From Eledone cirrhosa (taxonomy: Eukaryota): a DNA stretch of 64,000 bases. The notes below the pieces were generated by a model. That model searched no databases. It saw only the letters and a list, made by a program, of their open reading frames with translations, and was not told where the DNA came from. The DNA is taken from contig OZ024740.1 in the NCBI GenBank assembly GCA_964016885.1, positions 161,944,001 to 162,008,000 on the forward strand. Direction: 5' to 3'. Positions 1 through 14,320 of this stretch are shown here, in pieces (the stretch's first letter is position 1; each line of letters begins with the position of its first letter). A program made the translations under genes and the position numbers.

Positions 1-142
1 ATCATTATTTAACATCCACTTCCTCTGCTAGCAAGGTTTGGATGGGTCTACATAGACTAAGTCAGTGCTGAAGCGAGGTCACTGACATCCCAGACAGGCC
101 GAAGAGGGCTGTATCCCACTTACATATGGTCATTATTGAGAA

Positions 143-333
143 GGGCGGTGGATTGGCAGTATCGGTGGAGGGTCGGACGCCATGCTTTCCAGCATAGTTA
201 CGTCCCTTTACGATCTGAGTTCAAATCCTACCGAGGTTGACTTTGCCTTTCATCCTTACGGGGTCGATAAAATAAAGTACCAGTAATGTACTGGGTAATT
301 GCTGGCCTTGTGCCAAAAGTAGAAACAATTATT
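143..333 (+). mobile_element. tRNA-derived SINE family A (~190 bp, ATT tail)
   Basis: B-box GAGTTCAAATCC and central CTTTGCCTTTCATCCTTACGGGGTCGATAAAATAAAGTACCAG. At least 8 similar copies occur in the window. Confidence 0.85.
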
Positions 334-2548
334 GAGTGTAGAGAAGTTATTGTCTTTTGATACAAATTGAAGGATCCTCCTAACCCCATGTTTGGCAAGC
401 TTTCTATAGCTGGATGCCTTTTCTAACACCAACCACTTTACAGCATGTACTGGGTGCTTTTATTGTGTAGATCACCAGCCTTAAGGAGGATGCCATATTT
501 TTGACATAACTAAAAGATCCTCCCAACCCTTTGTTTAGCAAGCTTTCTATGGCTGGATGCCCTTCCTATCACTAACCACTTTATCGAATAGATCCCAACA
601 CTAGAGAGGTTGTTGTGTCTTTGACACAGCAGAAGGGTCTTCTCAATCCTTTTAGGCATGGGTTCTATGGTGGATTAAATGAGTCCTAATGAAATATTGG
701 GTTTTATATAATTAATTCTACCCCGCCTACCAAATTCAGATGTTTAGAGATCAATTATATACAGAGATAGATAAATAGGTAAATCTGATACATAACATTA
801 GCTTAATCTATAATACTATGAAAAACAATTCATATATATTTATTTTAATGTGTATTGAAAGAGGTTGTATTAAAATAAATAAATTGCCCACATTACTAGT
901 TGTGTATGTAATTAAGTACTACCATGCTGTTGTCGGTGGGCAACATTGTAATATAAAACATTAATTTACAAAAGACTCCACATGTAAAAACATGGAAATA
1001 GATTTTAATAAACAACAATGAAAAGATGTTTTTTTGGTTTTAGACTAGAGTGGGTCTGCATCCTGTTACTAGTAAACATACACACATGTATGTATGTATA
1101 TATGTGTGTGTGTGTATGCATGTATACATACATATTATATACACAAGCATGTACATTATAGCCTGTATTTTGTAAATAGTAAATACAATCAGCTGGGAGT
1201 TTGTAACCTTTTAGACTGTTATAAAATGCTTAACACACTAAAAGTTGCTAGTCGCAAATCTAATTAAGTGTATATTAACTACTGATGTTTAAGAGCCTGT
1301 TGTCTATACTGGTAGCTATATAACAAGAAGGAGAAAGAAATAGTGTTTAGAAGAAGGGTGAACTACAAAGATATTGTTTGTGTTTGGTTGTTGTTTGAAG
1401 ACTTATGGCATGTAGTTCACTGAAGCCAATGACAGGGTGTGATGTACATATCCAGTTCTCAGATATACCACTGGATCACACTGCAATCTCTGGCAAGTAC
1501 ATATATTTTATTCCAGCTCAGGATCAGATTAAGTCCTTTTGAAACCCTACATACTAAAAAGATTATGGCACCCCAATATATAAAGACTGCAAAAAATTTT
1601 GTTTAGTAATACAATTAATCTGAATAAGTTGGTGACCCTCTACCCTTGAAGCCCTAAACATGTGCTTATTTTATTTGAAGGCTAATTCAGCCCAGCCCTG
1701 TTCCATCTATACCATTTTTTTAAATAGCTTATGACTATACAGTAGTTATATTGGGAGCAGTGTTTATGTTTAGATATGTTGTACACTTACTACTTGTAGA
1801 TTCTAGGCCAGTGTTTCCCAAAGTGAGTTCTCTGAGAGAAGGTGTTTTTTAATAAACATTATTCCAGGTATACTCAGCCTCTGACTAGCTTAGAACCATA
1901 CTGCTTTTTTTAACATAAAGTGGTAATGATACAGACTGTATTAGCCATTACAGTGCTAGAAAAAATAGCCAAGGAAAGTTAACGGAATAAGCACATGTTA
2001 TATAGAGGGGACCAGACTAATTGACTATGCGCTCCAATTCATAAAAATTATTTTCCATGCCACCCAACCACCGCACACATCAAACTTCCTTTACAGTTTC
2101 CACCTTTCAAATTCATTAATAAGACATTGGTTGGCCCAAGGCTATATTTCACGATAGTTGCCTAAGGCGTTACTGAGATAGAACCTGAAACCACATGGCT
2201 GTGGAGCATACTTCTTAACCACACAGCTATGCCCAGGCCATTATAAAGCCAATATGAATTAAGTATTGTATGAAGAGTTGATTCAATTTAATTCAGGATT
2301 TTTTTTTCTAACAAAAGCAATTATTTACTACCTGATCAATATAGATTATGAATAAATTGGAAATTTTGATTTCCAAAACAAACCATGCATGAAGTTAAAG
2401 TTAGAACACATAATATAAACCAGTGATTATTGTTAAGCATAACATTATACTAACAAATAAAACTATAAAAAGTATAAATGAATAACAATAAAAAAATCTA
2501 ATCTCACAATCTGTTGTCCTAAAAAAAAAAGGGTTCAATTCAAACTAA

Positions 2549-2587
<39 letters not shown>

Positions 2588-2984
2588 GTACTAGTGCGGC
2601 TCAGACAACCCTATCATCATACATTTCACTGCACCAAGGTTAGAGGTAAACTCCTAATTAACAACAATGACAACATCAACAACAATAATAATAATGATGA
2701 TTCCTTACATTTGCCACAAGGGCATTGGATGAAGGAGACATAATAACGATAATAATAACAACATTAATAACAACAACTACAAAAGCAAGATTCGCCCCAA
2801 ACCAACAACAAGATTTACCCACCCATATAATCTTATAACCTTAACATACAATTCAGTAAAATTTCAATTGAAAAAGAGAAAAGAAGACAAAAAAAAAAAA
2901 ACCTATAACGTTTTACAAAGCTGCCAAACTGAAGCAAAAGCTAGTCAGGCAAGACCAACCAGCAACCAGCTAGAAACACATACA

Positions 2985-3105
2985 TAATATATACATATAT
3001 ATATATATATATGTATGCATGTATGTATATATATACATACATATATATATACACATATTTTATATTATATTATATATATATATATATACATATATTATAT
3101 GTGTG

Positions 3106-3174
<69 letters not shown>

Positions 3175-3181
3175 ATACATA
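2985..3181. repeat. (TA)n-rich compound microsatellite
   Basis: Directly visible. Confidence 0.9.
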
Positions 3182-4007
3182 ACATGATTAAACAATCACC
3201 ATGTACTGCCATAGATGCATACAATAAATATAAAAAAAAAACCCCTTTGCTCAGCTTTTTGTTTGCTTCTGACTCCCTAAACCAACTTTAAATTTATCTG
3301 AGATGTTAAAAGGTTAAGCTTATATGTTATACCATCTATCATAACAAATACAAGAATGACAGCCAGGAAGTCCAACCTTTAATATTTACCATTCTGAAAA
3401 CTGAAAAAACAAGTATAATAATAGGTTACTGAATAAAAAAAAGAGGGGAGGGGAGAGGGAGAGTAAAGAGTATGGATGGATGGATGGTATTGTTAGGGTA
3501 GTATTGGTTTCTAGTAACACCTCTTTACATTCCCAAGCACACATCCCACATCATCCTATACATACATAAGAATCTTTATTTGGCTGACAGCAAACACCAG
3601 GGTGGAGTTAGAGGATAGATAGGTACACACACCCACACACACACACACACAAATCAAGAGGATAAATCAAGACCCTCCCATCCTTCATGTATATCTTTAG
3701 TGATAGGTTCATCCTTACAAGTTCTAGACAAAAGAAAAGAAACTCAAGAACATAAGAATGTAATACAGATTCTTTTTTACATGACCCAGGGTCAGTTTTT
3801 GGAGAGAGGGAGTGGGGGGAGTGAAGGTTCAGTTATTGAGATAAGCCTCCAAACTGATATTTATTATATTGATCCCTGGAAGGATTAAAATCAAAAGCGA
3901 AATTGGCAAGAATTGAACTCAGAATACCGAAATAATAAAGCAATACTGTAAAGGATTTAGTCAAGTAAGGTTTATAATACAGAACAAGAAACAAGAAAGG
4001 AATGAAT

Positions 4008-4204
4008 TTAAACCTTTAGCATTTAAACTGGCTGTATCCGGCCAGAATTCTTTCACGTCTTTCTGTTGAAATTGGCCGTAACTGACCACTCATACTGATG
4101 TATTGTTCTCAAAATAAATATCAAAATCTCATAGATTTGACATTGTGAGATAAAGCCTTTACTGCGAAAATACAATAGTATATATAGAGTAATGTAAAGG
4201 TTAA
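4008..4204 (-). mobile_element. piggyBac-type MITE family C (degenerate copy)
   Basis: Similar to 40486-40695 and 60981-61190; ends TTAAACCTTTAGCA...TAAAGGTTAA. Confidence 0.65.
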
Positions 4205-4639
4205 TATAATCTTCTTTCTCCTCCCTAATAAATATTGATATCTCCTTACACATCTCGTGTTAGATATGAAAGACACTGTTCAAAAGAATACTATCTTAAA
4301 TTAAAATTTTATGAAAAAAAAAAATATTTATGAATTACATATCTATGATACCTCAAACATTACAAGGAAATCTGTCAATTTTAGATATGAAAACACCAAA
4401 CTCATTCTATTTTCTAAATGATGTAATATTCCACAACAGAAATGCACAACCTGTTTTGAAGGCAGTCCACAAAATTCACCCAGAAAGCTTTATGGACCAT
4501 AAAAAAAAAAAAATGAATTTACCTTCAATTGCATTATGCAACCCAGCAGGACATAAAATTCACTGTGGACCACCACAATTTTAGTATGGGCCACATATGC
4601 ATTGCTGTACTATATACCATCAGATGATTTGTTCTAGAT

Positions 4640-4820
4640 AATTGTTTCTACTTTAGGCACAAGGCCAGCAATTACCTAGTGCATTACTGGTACTTTATTT
4701 TATCGACCTCGTAAGGATGAAAGGCAAAGTAAAGCTTGGCGGGATTTGAACTCAGACGGTAAGGGGACGTAACTATGCTGGAAAGCATGGCGTCCGACTC
4801 TCTACAGCCAATCCACCGCC
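4640..4820 (-). mobile_element. SINE family A with 14-bp target-site duplication
   Basis: Reverse copy of 143-333. TTGTTCTAGATAAT occurs at 4629-4642 and 4821-4834. Confidence 0.9.
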
Positions 4821-7800
4821 TTGTTCTAGATAATGATTAATATACATACAACATACATACAAACACATACATACTTAAACATATATAGATTATGTACTTA
4901 ACACTTATTTAGATGCCCCTCATAACACTAACTACTTCACACTGTGCTGCATACATTTTATTGTGGCACATGTATATGAGAAATTGTTTCATCCTTGACA
5001 AAACTGAATAATTCATTTAGATAAAAGGAAAACAATATTTATTCATTTACATAAACTGGCCAAATGACAGCTACTTCAGCAGGAATGACAATCCTAGATT
5101 CCAAACAAAATGTGTTTATTTAAATAATATATTGAATTTATCCATATAACAACTGTAAATTGAACACCTTAAGGCAACATAAATGTGGGCAATTACAAAG
5201 TTTGTTAAGTTGTTCAATAAAAAAAAAAACTCACATCAACTAAAAAAATGTTCAACAAATTATTTGATTATATATATATTTGATCAGTTAGTTAAAGCAA
5301 TTAGGGCAGTGCCAATGATCCTCTTCAGGGTCTCTGGTATTAGTAGAAAATGGAAGACAGTAAGCTCTAACTCGGAATCTGAACGAAATGTTTGCAACAA
5401 AGTGGGCTCTACTAAAAGTACCCAAACTCAAAAAATCATGTAGCAATATTAAACCAAGCAACCAATTATGTCTACTACTTATGTAGGCTACAGTGGGATT
5501 TGAAATCAAAACTCAAAGAGCTGGAACAAATATTTCAAGGTACTAACAATTCCAGCAGTGGCAACATTTGAAATCAGAACACATGTAACTGGAATAAATA
5601 ATGCTCTAAAGCTGCAGCCAATTACTATATAACATTTATATAATTATTATTAATATGGATAGAAGAGGCAGAATCATTACAACTTCAGATAAAAATTTCT
5701 TGCAGTTTCAGTTACGATTCTTTTATATTGTAAGATAACATTTTCCTGGGGACTACTTTGCCTTTTCTCCTTGTAGAAGTCAATAGAATAAAATACTGGC
5801 CAAATATTGCCACAGATTTAATCCACTATATACTGCTCCAAATCTGGAGTAGACCCCAAGCAAGATGAGTTGGATAACATCCAGGAGCTTGGCTGACCTC
5901 ACTTGGAGATCCAGACATAATATATATATATGGGGACGCGACTAGATAGAGCATTCCTACCCAATCTCAAACATTTAAACAAACAACCTCAATCAATTTC
6001 AAACTTTTTTTATAAGACTGGCCGGTGATTAGGGTTGTTAGTTCTAGACGGGCTGGCAGGATGGTATATTCGATCGGATCTTGATCTTAGATCATGAACA
6101 TGGACTAAGTGAGTCTTTTCATAGTTCTTTATGCATTCTATAATATATATATATGTCATTAGCATCACCAACACTGTTTAACATTATTTTCCATTCTTAG
6201 ATGGGTTAGACAGGCTGTCTCGTCATGAAGCTAAGCATGTCAGGTGACCCCCACCATGCTCATATGATCTGCTTTCGGCTTGGTTTTCTATGGCTGGGTG
6301 TCTTTCCTAATGCCAACCATATTACAGTGTGTACTGGTAGCTTTTATCATGACAGTAAGACAACCACCTTACAGGGTAACCTGGATGCATTTTATCATGG
6401 CTGACACCAGTGTGACCACCTTACAAAAAACCAATTAAAAGAAAAAAAATGTTGAGCAATTATATATATATAAATATACACACACACCAAATTACTGCAT
6501 ATTTATTAATTGATTTAAGTAACTATACACATGTTCTGATAGTGCATATAACATTTGTCAAAATTAAAAGAAATTGAATATGCTCTGATGTTTTTTTTTC
6601 TTCATTTTTATAATATAGATTTCCTAAAACATATATATCTGTTTCAGGACGTGACTTGCTGAGTCTGCTATAGAGTCTGATAAAGTTATGTCAAACGATA
6701 TATAAACAAAAATGGAATAGTGGCCGCGGCATTCATGCTATTTCCAATAAGCATTGAAAAAATAAACTTGATCTGTTAGTCAATCACAACCATCACTATA
6801 ACATTAAATATTACAAGTTAATGAGAGTGCTTTTATGATGGTCAATGATATAGCAGCCACACCACACTCACATTCTACCCATGTATCATTTTTTCATTAC
6901 TTAGTCAGGAGGGATGGTAGCGTTCCTAACACTTTTCAGGGCCTCTGAGACTGGTGGGAATGGGGAAGGAAAGTAAACTAGAGACCAGGTCAAAATACAT
7001 GGATCCAAAAGTGGTAGTGTTAAACAGAGCAATAGATTTAGTTTACTCATCAGCCAAATGAAAGGAATATTGGAAAATGTGGTCCTATATATACTATGCC
7101 TGAAAGAGGTAAATCCTTGACCTTAGCTTTACAGGAATAAAGATTAGCTTGGATAGGACTAAACAACTACATTTTTCTTCTTTTTTTTGTTATTGTTTTA
7201 GGAAGGGAGGAAGGGAAAATACCCATAGTCCCTTTTAAGGACTTCGAGATTGGTAGGATGGAAGAAGGGAAGAGGGTATCCTCAAACCAAAGAAGCATTA
7301 AAGTGCCAGGTGATAGTGTTAAAGCAGGCAACAGATCAAATCCAACCCCACCCCACAAAAAATATAAAAAAATAAATAAACAAATGAAGGACATAGAAAA
7401 TATGGTCCTAAATACACAATGTTTGATCTGGACTAAGGACTAAAGTTGATTTGGAAACTAAACAGTTACATTTCTTTAATTGCTCTTTTTCTTTTCTGTT
7501 TTACTCAGATAGGAAAGTGCAGTGTTCATAATCCATTTTAGGGTCTCTGAGAATGATAAGAAGAAGCTATTCTCAAATAAGGGCTGTGACCTGAATGCTG
7601 AAGGCTACAGATATCAAAGGACCATGTGGGAGCATTAAACACAACAATGGATCAAGGTTACCACCCAACAAAGAAGGGAGGAAACATTGGAAGATATGAT
7701 CATAAGTACACCATGCCTGACAAGAAAGGAACATCATTGATCAGGAATATTTAGGACCGTGGGCCTGTCTGGAAAGAACTAAACAACTACAACATTAGCC

Positions 7801-8284
7801 CTTTTGACACTGAACAATCTGAAGCTACTTCTGGTTCTACAATACAAAGCTGTTTATTTTAAACTGTTAACCTGCTATTATAATTTTATGTAAGAACCTT
7901 TTTTAATACTAACTTAACAATGAAAAAGTTGTTACATTACTAAACCATTTCAAATTCTGAATTATTTTCAAAATTATTGGAAAATCAGGAGCAGTGACCT
8001 TTTAATTAGAAATATAGTAGCAAAAAGGTTAAAAATTAAAAAGGAATAATATGTAGTTAACACTGATGGATAAAAGATTAGACTTGACTTGTGCCTAAGT
8101 AAGAAACCGTTAAGATTACCATTACTAATTGTAGAACAAATTCTCTTTGACCTTTTCTAATTAAACTCATTCCCCCCACCTATCCACTTTTAGTAAATTT
8201 ACTTGATCTGAAACAACACTCTTGCAGACAATATTTTTCTATTTAACAGTTTAGCAATTAAATTAAGTGAAATTAAATACACAC

Positions 8285-8398
<114 letters not shown>

Positions 8399-8854
8399 TC
8401 ATCATTTTATGTCTACTTTTCATGCTGGCAATATAAAGTAGTATGTATATTCATTCAATTATTTCTGGGGGTTATTTGATCATTAATGAAAATGAGATTC
8501 CTAATTAACCACACAATGTAATTAGTATTAAGATATACAAACCATTAAATTTACAATTAAAAGAACTGTTTCATTTATTGCATATACACACAAATAGATA
8601 CTTACAAAATGCACACATACATAAAACATATACATGCACACATTTACATACAGACACACATATGCATATACACACACACACAAACAAGACAATGACACAC
8701 ACACAGAACCATAAACTTTTACATATATATATATATGCATTCAACTAACTGAACTAAAAATAACAAAAAGCAATATATATCGACAGTCGGAAACAATGTT
8801 TCCATTGGTCTTTACAATTGCTAATACTATCTATCGGTCGCAACTCCAGATAGA

Positions 8855-8966
8855 AGGAGCAATGTGTCTTGCCCTAGGACATAACGCATCGCCTGGTCCA
8901 GGAATGGAACTCACAACCTTATGATTGTGAATCCAATTCTCTAACGACTCAGCCACGCGCCTTCAC
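8855..8966 (-). mobile_element. tRNA-derived SINE head with CORE-like segment
   Basis: Reverse reads GTGAAGGCGCGTGGCTGAGTCGTTAG...GAGTTCCATTCC...GTCCTAGGGCAAGACAC; related to 48693-49034. Confidence 0.65.
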
Positions 8967-9365
8967 AAACGTATATATAATCACACACACATACATATAA
9001 TTTCTGCACACAGCAAAAGCTTGTAAGTTTAAAAGCAAACTACACCTTTTCATCAAGTGTCAAGAGGAATTGTGAAAAAGTTATTCCCACTGATGTATGT
9101 TTGGAAATAATTTTCTTAGAGAACCACATTTAAAAAAAGAGAATATAAAAAAGTACAAACAAATATAAAATCAGGCAATGTTTTAGACTGAAGCACCTCT
9201 CCAACTGGCTAGTTTCTTAGTTTCTTCTTCACCTGTCACAGGTGTCAATGAAGCTATAAGCTTGAAGATAGGTAAAATAACTGACACTGATGGTAAATAG
9301 GAAGTTGGTTAGTTAGATGGTTGGCTGGTTGGTTTGCCAACTTAGAAGAGTGTCATCCCCCATCT

Positions 9366-9432
<67 letters not shown>

Positions 9433-9436
9433 ATAT

Positions 9437-9470
<34 letters not shown>

Positions 9471-11435
9471 GGAAAAAGAAAAGAAAAAAAATAACCAGAA
9501 AAAAGAAGAATATCAAGTTAAAATATTCTGCTATTTAGACCAGTAAAAATAAATAATTAAAATGTAAGTGAGCAGCATACACAAACACAAAGACACACAC
9601 AAACACATACACCACATATTGTTTGTATTCTGTGTTTGTGATGTATATATATATATATGTATGTATGTGTGTGTGTGTGTGAACAGGCAGGGACAGCTAG
9701 CAAAAACTAGAGAGGTGAGTGAGTAGAAGCTAATATAAGAGAGAGACAAAAAGCTAGAAAGAGAGAGAGAGATAGGAGGGGGATTTGTTAATAGTACACC
9801 ACCCCACTACAGTTGGCTAGTGTAAGAGGACTACACTTTAAAAACTCATCAGTTAAATTAGTGTTAGCATATATAGAGAGCATTAAAAAGGCTAACCTGG
9901 AAAAAATTATACAATGAAAAAGTGCAACAAGGGAAAATATATATACTAATGTAAGTACAGGAGAGAAATCTGGACATGTTTTCGTTTTATTCTGATCTCA
10001 TCAGTGAAGGACATACTTTCACCAAACTTGTTGAAGTAGATATTGAAGAAGGGACAACGTAAATGTACATAAAATTGTTTAGAAAATAAACAGATTAGGG
10101 ACCGTCTAAATTGCATGGTTCGAAAGTGAGCTTTAACCATATGGTTTTAGTTTCAATGCCACTGCATAACAATTTGGGCAAGAATCTTCTACTATAAAAT
10201 CTGACCAATCCAATGCCTTGTGTGTCAAATTTGTTAGAAGCAAATGGTGCAGCAGCCCATCAGACACACACACATTATTGTAACCATCATCATTTAATGT
10301 CTGTTTTTCTTTGCTAGCAAGGGTTAGATGGTCATCACAAACTAAGCGAGTAGTCAAGTAGACCTACAGACTTCTCAGTAGTTCCCATCTTGCTTATAAA
10401 TTCCCCCATGCTCAACTATGTTCATTTTGCCACGGCACTACCACCACTAACCCATGCTAGCGTGGAAGATAGACGTTAAATGAAGATGATGATGATGATT
10501 CACACAGCTGAAGAGTCCTCCCAACCATTAGTTTTGAAGGTTTTCTACAGCTGGATGCCCTTTCTATCAGAGTGTACTGAGTGTATTTATCATGTAGATC
10601 ACCAACATTAGCGAGGTTGTCCTGTCTTTGACACAATTAAAGATTCCTCCCAACTCTTTGTATGGCAAGTTTTTTTATGACTGGATGCCCATTCTATCAA
10701 CAACCACTTCATAAAGTGAACTAGGTGCATTTATCATGTAGATCACCAGCACTAGGAAAGCTGTCATGTCTTTGACAATATATATTCATATGTGTGTGTT
10801 TGTGTTTATCTTACATATCTTCATTTCACGCTGAGACAGCTTGGACAAGCATAAATAATATGTCCAGCAGCTCTATGTGCAAGGATGAGTAACTTACTGA
10901 AAAAAACCAACAAGGGCATCTAATTGTAGAATGTAGCCTCAAAGAAGTTTCACCCAACCCATGCCACCATAGAAAAAGTGGACATAAGAACAATAATGAT
11001 TATGATGATGATGATGATGTAATTTATTAATGATTAAAAACTGATTTGTTCCAATTTTTTGATTACTGATAGTTTCCTGTTGGGTTTTGTTAATTAGTAA
11101 TTTATTAAAGAATTAATTAACTAACTGCACAGTTGATAATTGATAGAAACTATTACAGATGTGCTAACGATACATCATATACTATATGCTGTTGATACTA
11201 TTAGTGAAATAATTTAAGTGCAATTTAACCAATACTACTTTTGCCCCTTACAATATATGTGTGCGTGTGTGCGAGTGTATGTATATATATATATAAGCAA
11301 AACAGATGAAATCGAAAATGCAACTGGAGTCTTTTTTTAAAGAAATATATATTTATTTGGTTCCTTTACCGGTTTCGCAGTTCTTCTGTTTTTCAAAAGT
11401 AGAATTGAGATGGAGGGTCTGTGGTTTTTCTCACA

Positions 11436-11847
11436 TGTGTGTGTGAGTAATATATATTTTTTAAATTTGGGATCTGTGTGTTTGAATGTATTTGTTTATA
11501 CTTGCATCGTCCCACCACCCCCACCCCACCCACACCGCCCCTTTCAATGTAAAGTTATGTTGGTGCCACAACATCCAGGCCGAAACAAATGAGATCGTGT
11601 AGTTGTCACGACAAAAAACCACACAGTCCACGCTGTAATGTGGCCATGTAGGCAACACGGTAAAAACCTCCCAGCCCCACACTGTAAATGTGGTTGGTGT
11701 TAGGAAGGGCATCCAGCTGTAGAAAACCCGCCAGACAGTCCTATGCAAGCAATGACAACTACTCTTGCCTCAAGTGGGAAAACTCCCGTCCAAACCTATG
11801 CAAGCGTGGAACATGGACGTTAAACGATGATGATGATGATGATGATG

Positions 11848-11879
<32 letters not shown>

Positions 11880-12193
11880 ATATGTATATAGTAATAATAA
11901 TAAATTTGAAGACTAAAATCCAAAGATAAGGATAAATATATATCAAATATATAAGAAACATAGAGCAAATCAAATATTTATTAAAATAACAGATTAAAGT
12001 TTAAGCAAAGAATCGCTGTTTTCACCTTTAACGGGATCTTCAGAAGATCCCATTAAGGGTGAAATATAAATATATATATATTTAATAAATATATATATAT
12101 ATGTATATATATGAACATATATGCAAGTATAAACAAATACATTCAAACACACAGATCCACAATTTAAAAAATATATATTACTCACACACACAC
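11436..12193. repeat. ~70-bp inverted repeat (11436-11507 / 12121-12193)
   Basis: TGTGTGTGTGAGTAATATATATTTTTTAAATTTGGGATCTGTGTGTTTGAATGTATTTGTTTATACTTGCAT recurs as a near-perfect reverse complement. Confidence 0.9.
11508..11847 (+). mobile_element. RTE LINE 3' UTR/tail fragment inserted between inverted-repeat arms
   Basis: GGTTGGTGTTAGGAAGGGCATCCAGCTGTAGAAA and the (GAT)n tail are shared with the RTE copies at 28633 and 54909. Confidence 0.75.
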
Positions 12194-13641
12194 ATTTATA
12201 TATATATATAGTATTGTAGTAATACCTAGTTTAAAATATGCAAAGTATAGATTAACTAAAGCCTATAGAGTGTGTTTGAATATAATTATTAAGGCCAGTT
12301 ACTACAACAGCGCCAAGTTGAACAAGTTGGTCCTTACGGCTAATGAACTGTTGTAGTAACTGGCATTAATAATTATGAGTATATATGATTTATATACCTT
12401 GTATCCATAAAGGGAGTTTTGTCTTGAAATTGCGAGTATAGTCTCAGTTGATTGGAGTTTTTTCCCCAGTCACCATATACAAACAGCGAGAGTCTATTTG
12501 TTTGTATATATTTTATGCTTCAGGTATAGCCAATGTTGATATACATAATCAGCACTTTATTTATTTCCCTTTTCCTATATCTTTATCAAACCATCCTCAG
12601 TCAGGACAACTAAAGTGAATATGTTTTGCTAAAGAGGTCTAATAAGCTTGAAACACATGTTGCTTTCACCAATTAAGCTTATAGCAAGGTCCACACCTAC
12701 TGCATTATTTTAAAGCTTAGATCAACCAAAGCCATAGAATTTATTACCCCTGCTTGCTTTTATGACCGAACACACATAAAGGGAGTTTTGGTCTTGAAAT
12801 AGCAAGCATAAATATCATTTATGTTCATACATGGAACAAAAAGCACTACCTAAGGTTTCAAGGTTCAATTAAGACCATCTGGTCAGATTGTGCATGGTGA
12901 TGCTTGGATGTCTTTTCCAAGCGCCTGATAACAAATATAATCACTCTTCCATGCTGCACTCCATGCACATTCCGGGTAGACCTTGAAACCTAAGGCAGCA
13001 CATTTTATTCCACATATGAATATAAATAGTTATAATATATCAGCTCTCACACCAGATTGAGCACTGCTTTCATTTTTCATATCCGATTTTTTTTTACTAC
13101 AGACATACATACATATATAAATGACACACTTTAAAAACATTTTAATTAGCAGAATAACATACATAAAGTATGGAAAGTAACAATGTAATATAGCAGTATT
13201 TAAAAATGAATTACATTAATAATTTTTTAAAATCACAACATTAAAAAAAATTAACTATGTGGAACTGCAAACATATGCAAAGTAAGTAAACTGATATTAA
13301 AATAATTCTTTATCATACTACTAAATAGCAATGTAACATGTTTTGCCACATAAATCAGTTGACATACACATTTGACTAGTATATATATATATATATATAT
13401 ATATCATCATCATCATCATCACCGTTTTACATCCGATCTTCCACGCTAGCATGGGTTATATATATACACACACATATATATATATATATATATAAATATT
13501 AGTACAGCCGCATCACCAGTGCAACGAAAATACAGGACTCAGGAAAATATATATATATATATGGAGGAACGGACGTTAATATATATATACACACACATAT
13601 ATATATGGAGGAACGGATGTTAAATGATGATGATGATAGTG

Positions 13642-13688
<47 letters not shown>

Positions 13689-14268
13689 ATATACGTGTGT
13701 GAATATATATGAATGTATATGTATGTATAAAAACATACATTCACATGCACACACAAACACACATTCACATGCACACAAACACACATGCAAATCCTCAATT
13801 TCAAGTGTAGAGCGAACTGAGCTTCCACAGCCACTGCTTTGTTTTTGAAATGTTTAAAGTGGCACACATGTTTCTATTTAAACATGAAGGGGAAGTTTCA
13901 TGAGTAGCAAAACAAGACACAGCCTATTTTATTCAAAGAGTATCACCATCATCATCATCATCATTTCATTTTACGTCCACTTTTCCCTGCTTGCAAGGGT
14001 ATACATACATATATATCATCATCATCATCATCATATATCCATCCACTTCCCATGCTGGCATGGGTTGGATGGGTTGTCATGACTCATGACTAGGTGCATC
14101 AAAGAGCACTCATCTTGTTCCATATTTTGCATGGTTTCTATGGCTGACTGCTCTTCCTACTAACAACCACCTTGCTGGGTGTACTGGGTGCAATTATATT
14201 GACACCAACATTATATACATATATACACATATACACAATCAAAGAATGTTTAAACTTTCAAATATTTA

Positions 14269-14320
14269 ATCACTGACGATTGTTTCATCCTAGCACAAGG
14301 CCGGTTTCATCAGAGTTGAT
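14269..14320 (-). ncRNA. Minimal type I hammerhead ribozyme motif
   Basis: AUCAACU-CUGAUGA-AACCGGCCUUGUGCUAGGAU-GAAA-CAAUCG-UC-AGUGAU; intact core and GUC site. Confidence 0.7.

Noticed and set aside
9228-9290. Cluster of TGTCA/TGACA TALE-binding motifs suggesting autoregulation
   Set aside because: Five- to six-bp motifs are expected often by chance, and there is no supporting evidence.
9968-10012. Minus-strand CUGAUGA...GAAAACAUGUC hammerhead-like string
   Set aside because: Stems I and II do not pair and there is an extra A in the core; it could be chance.
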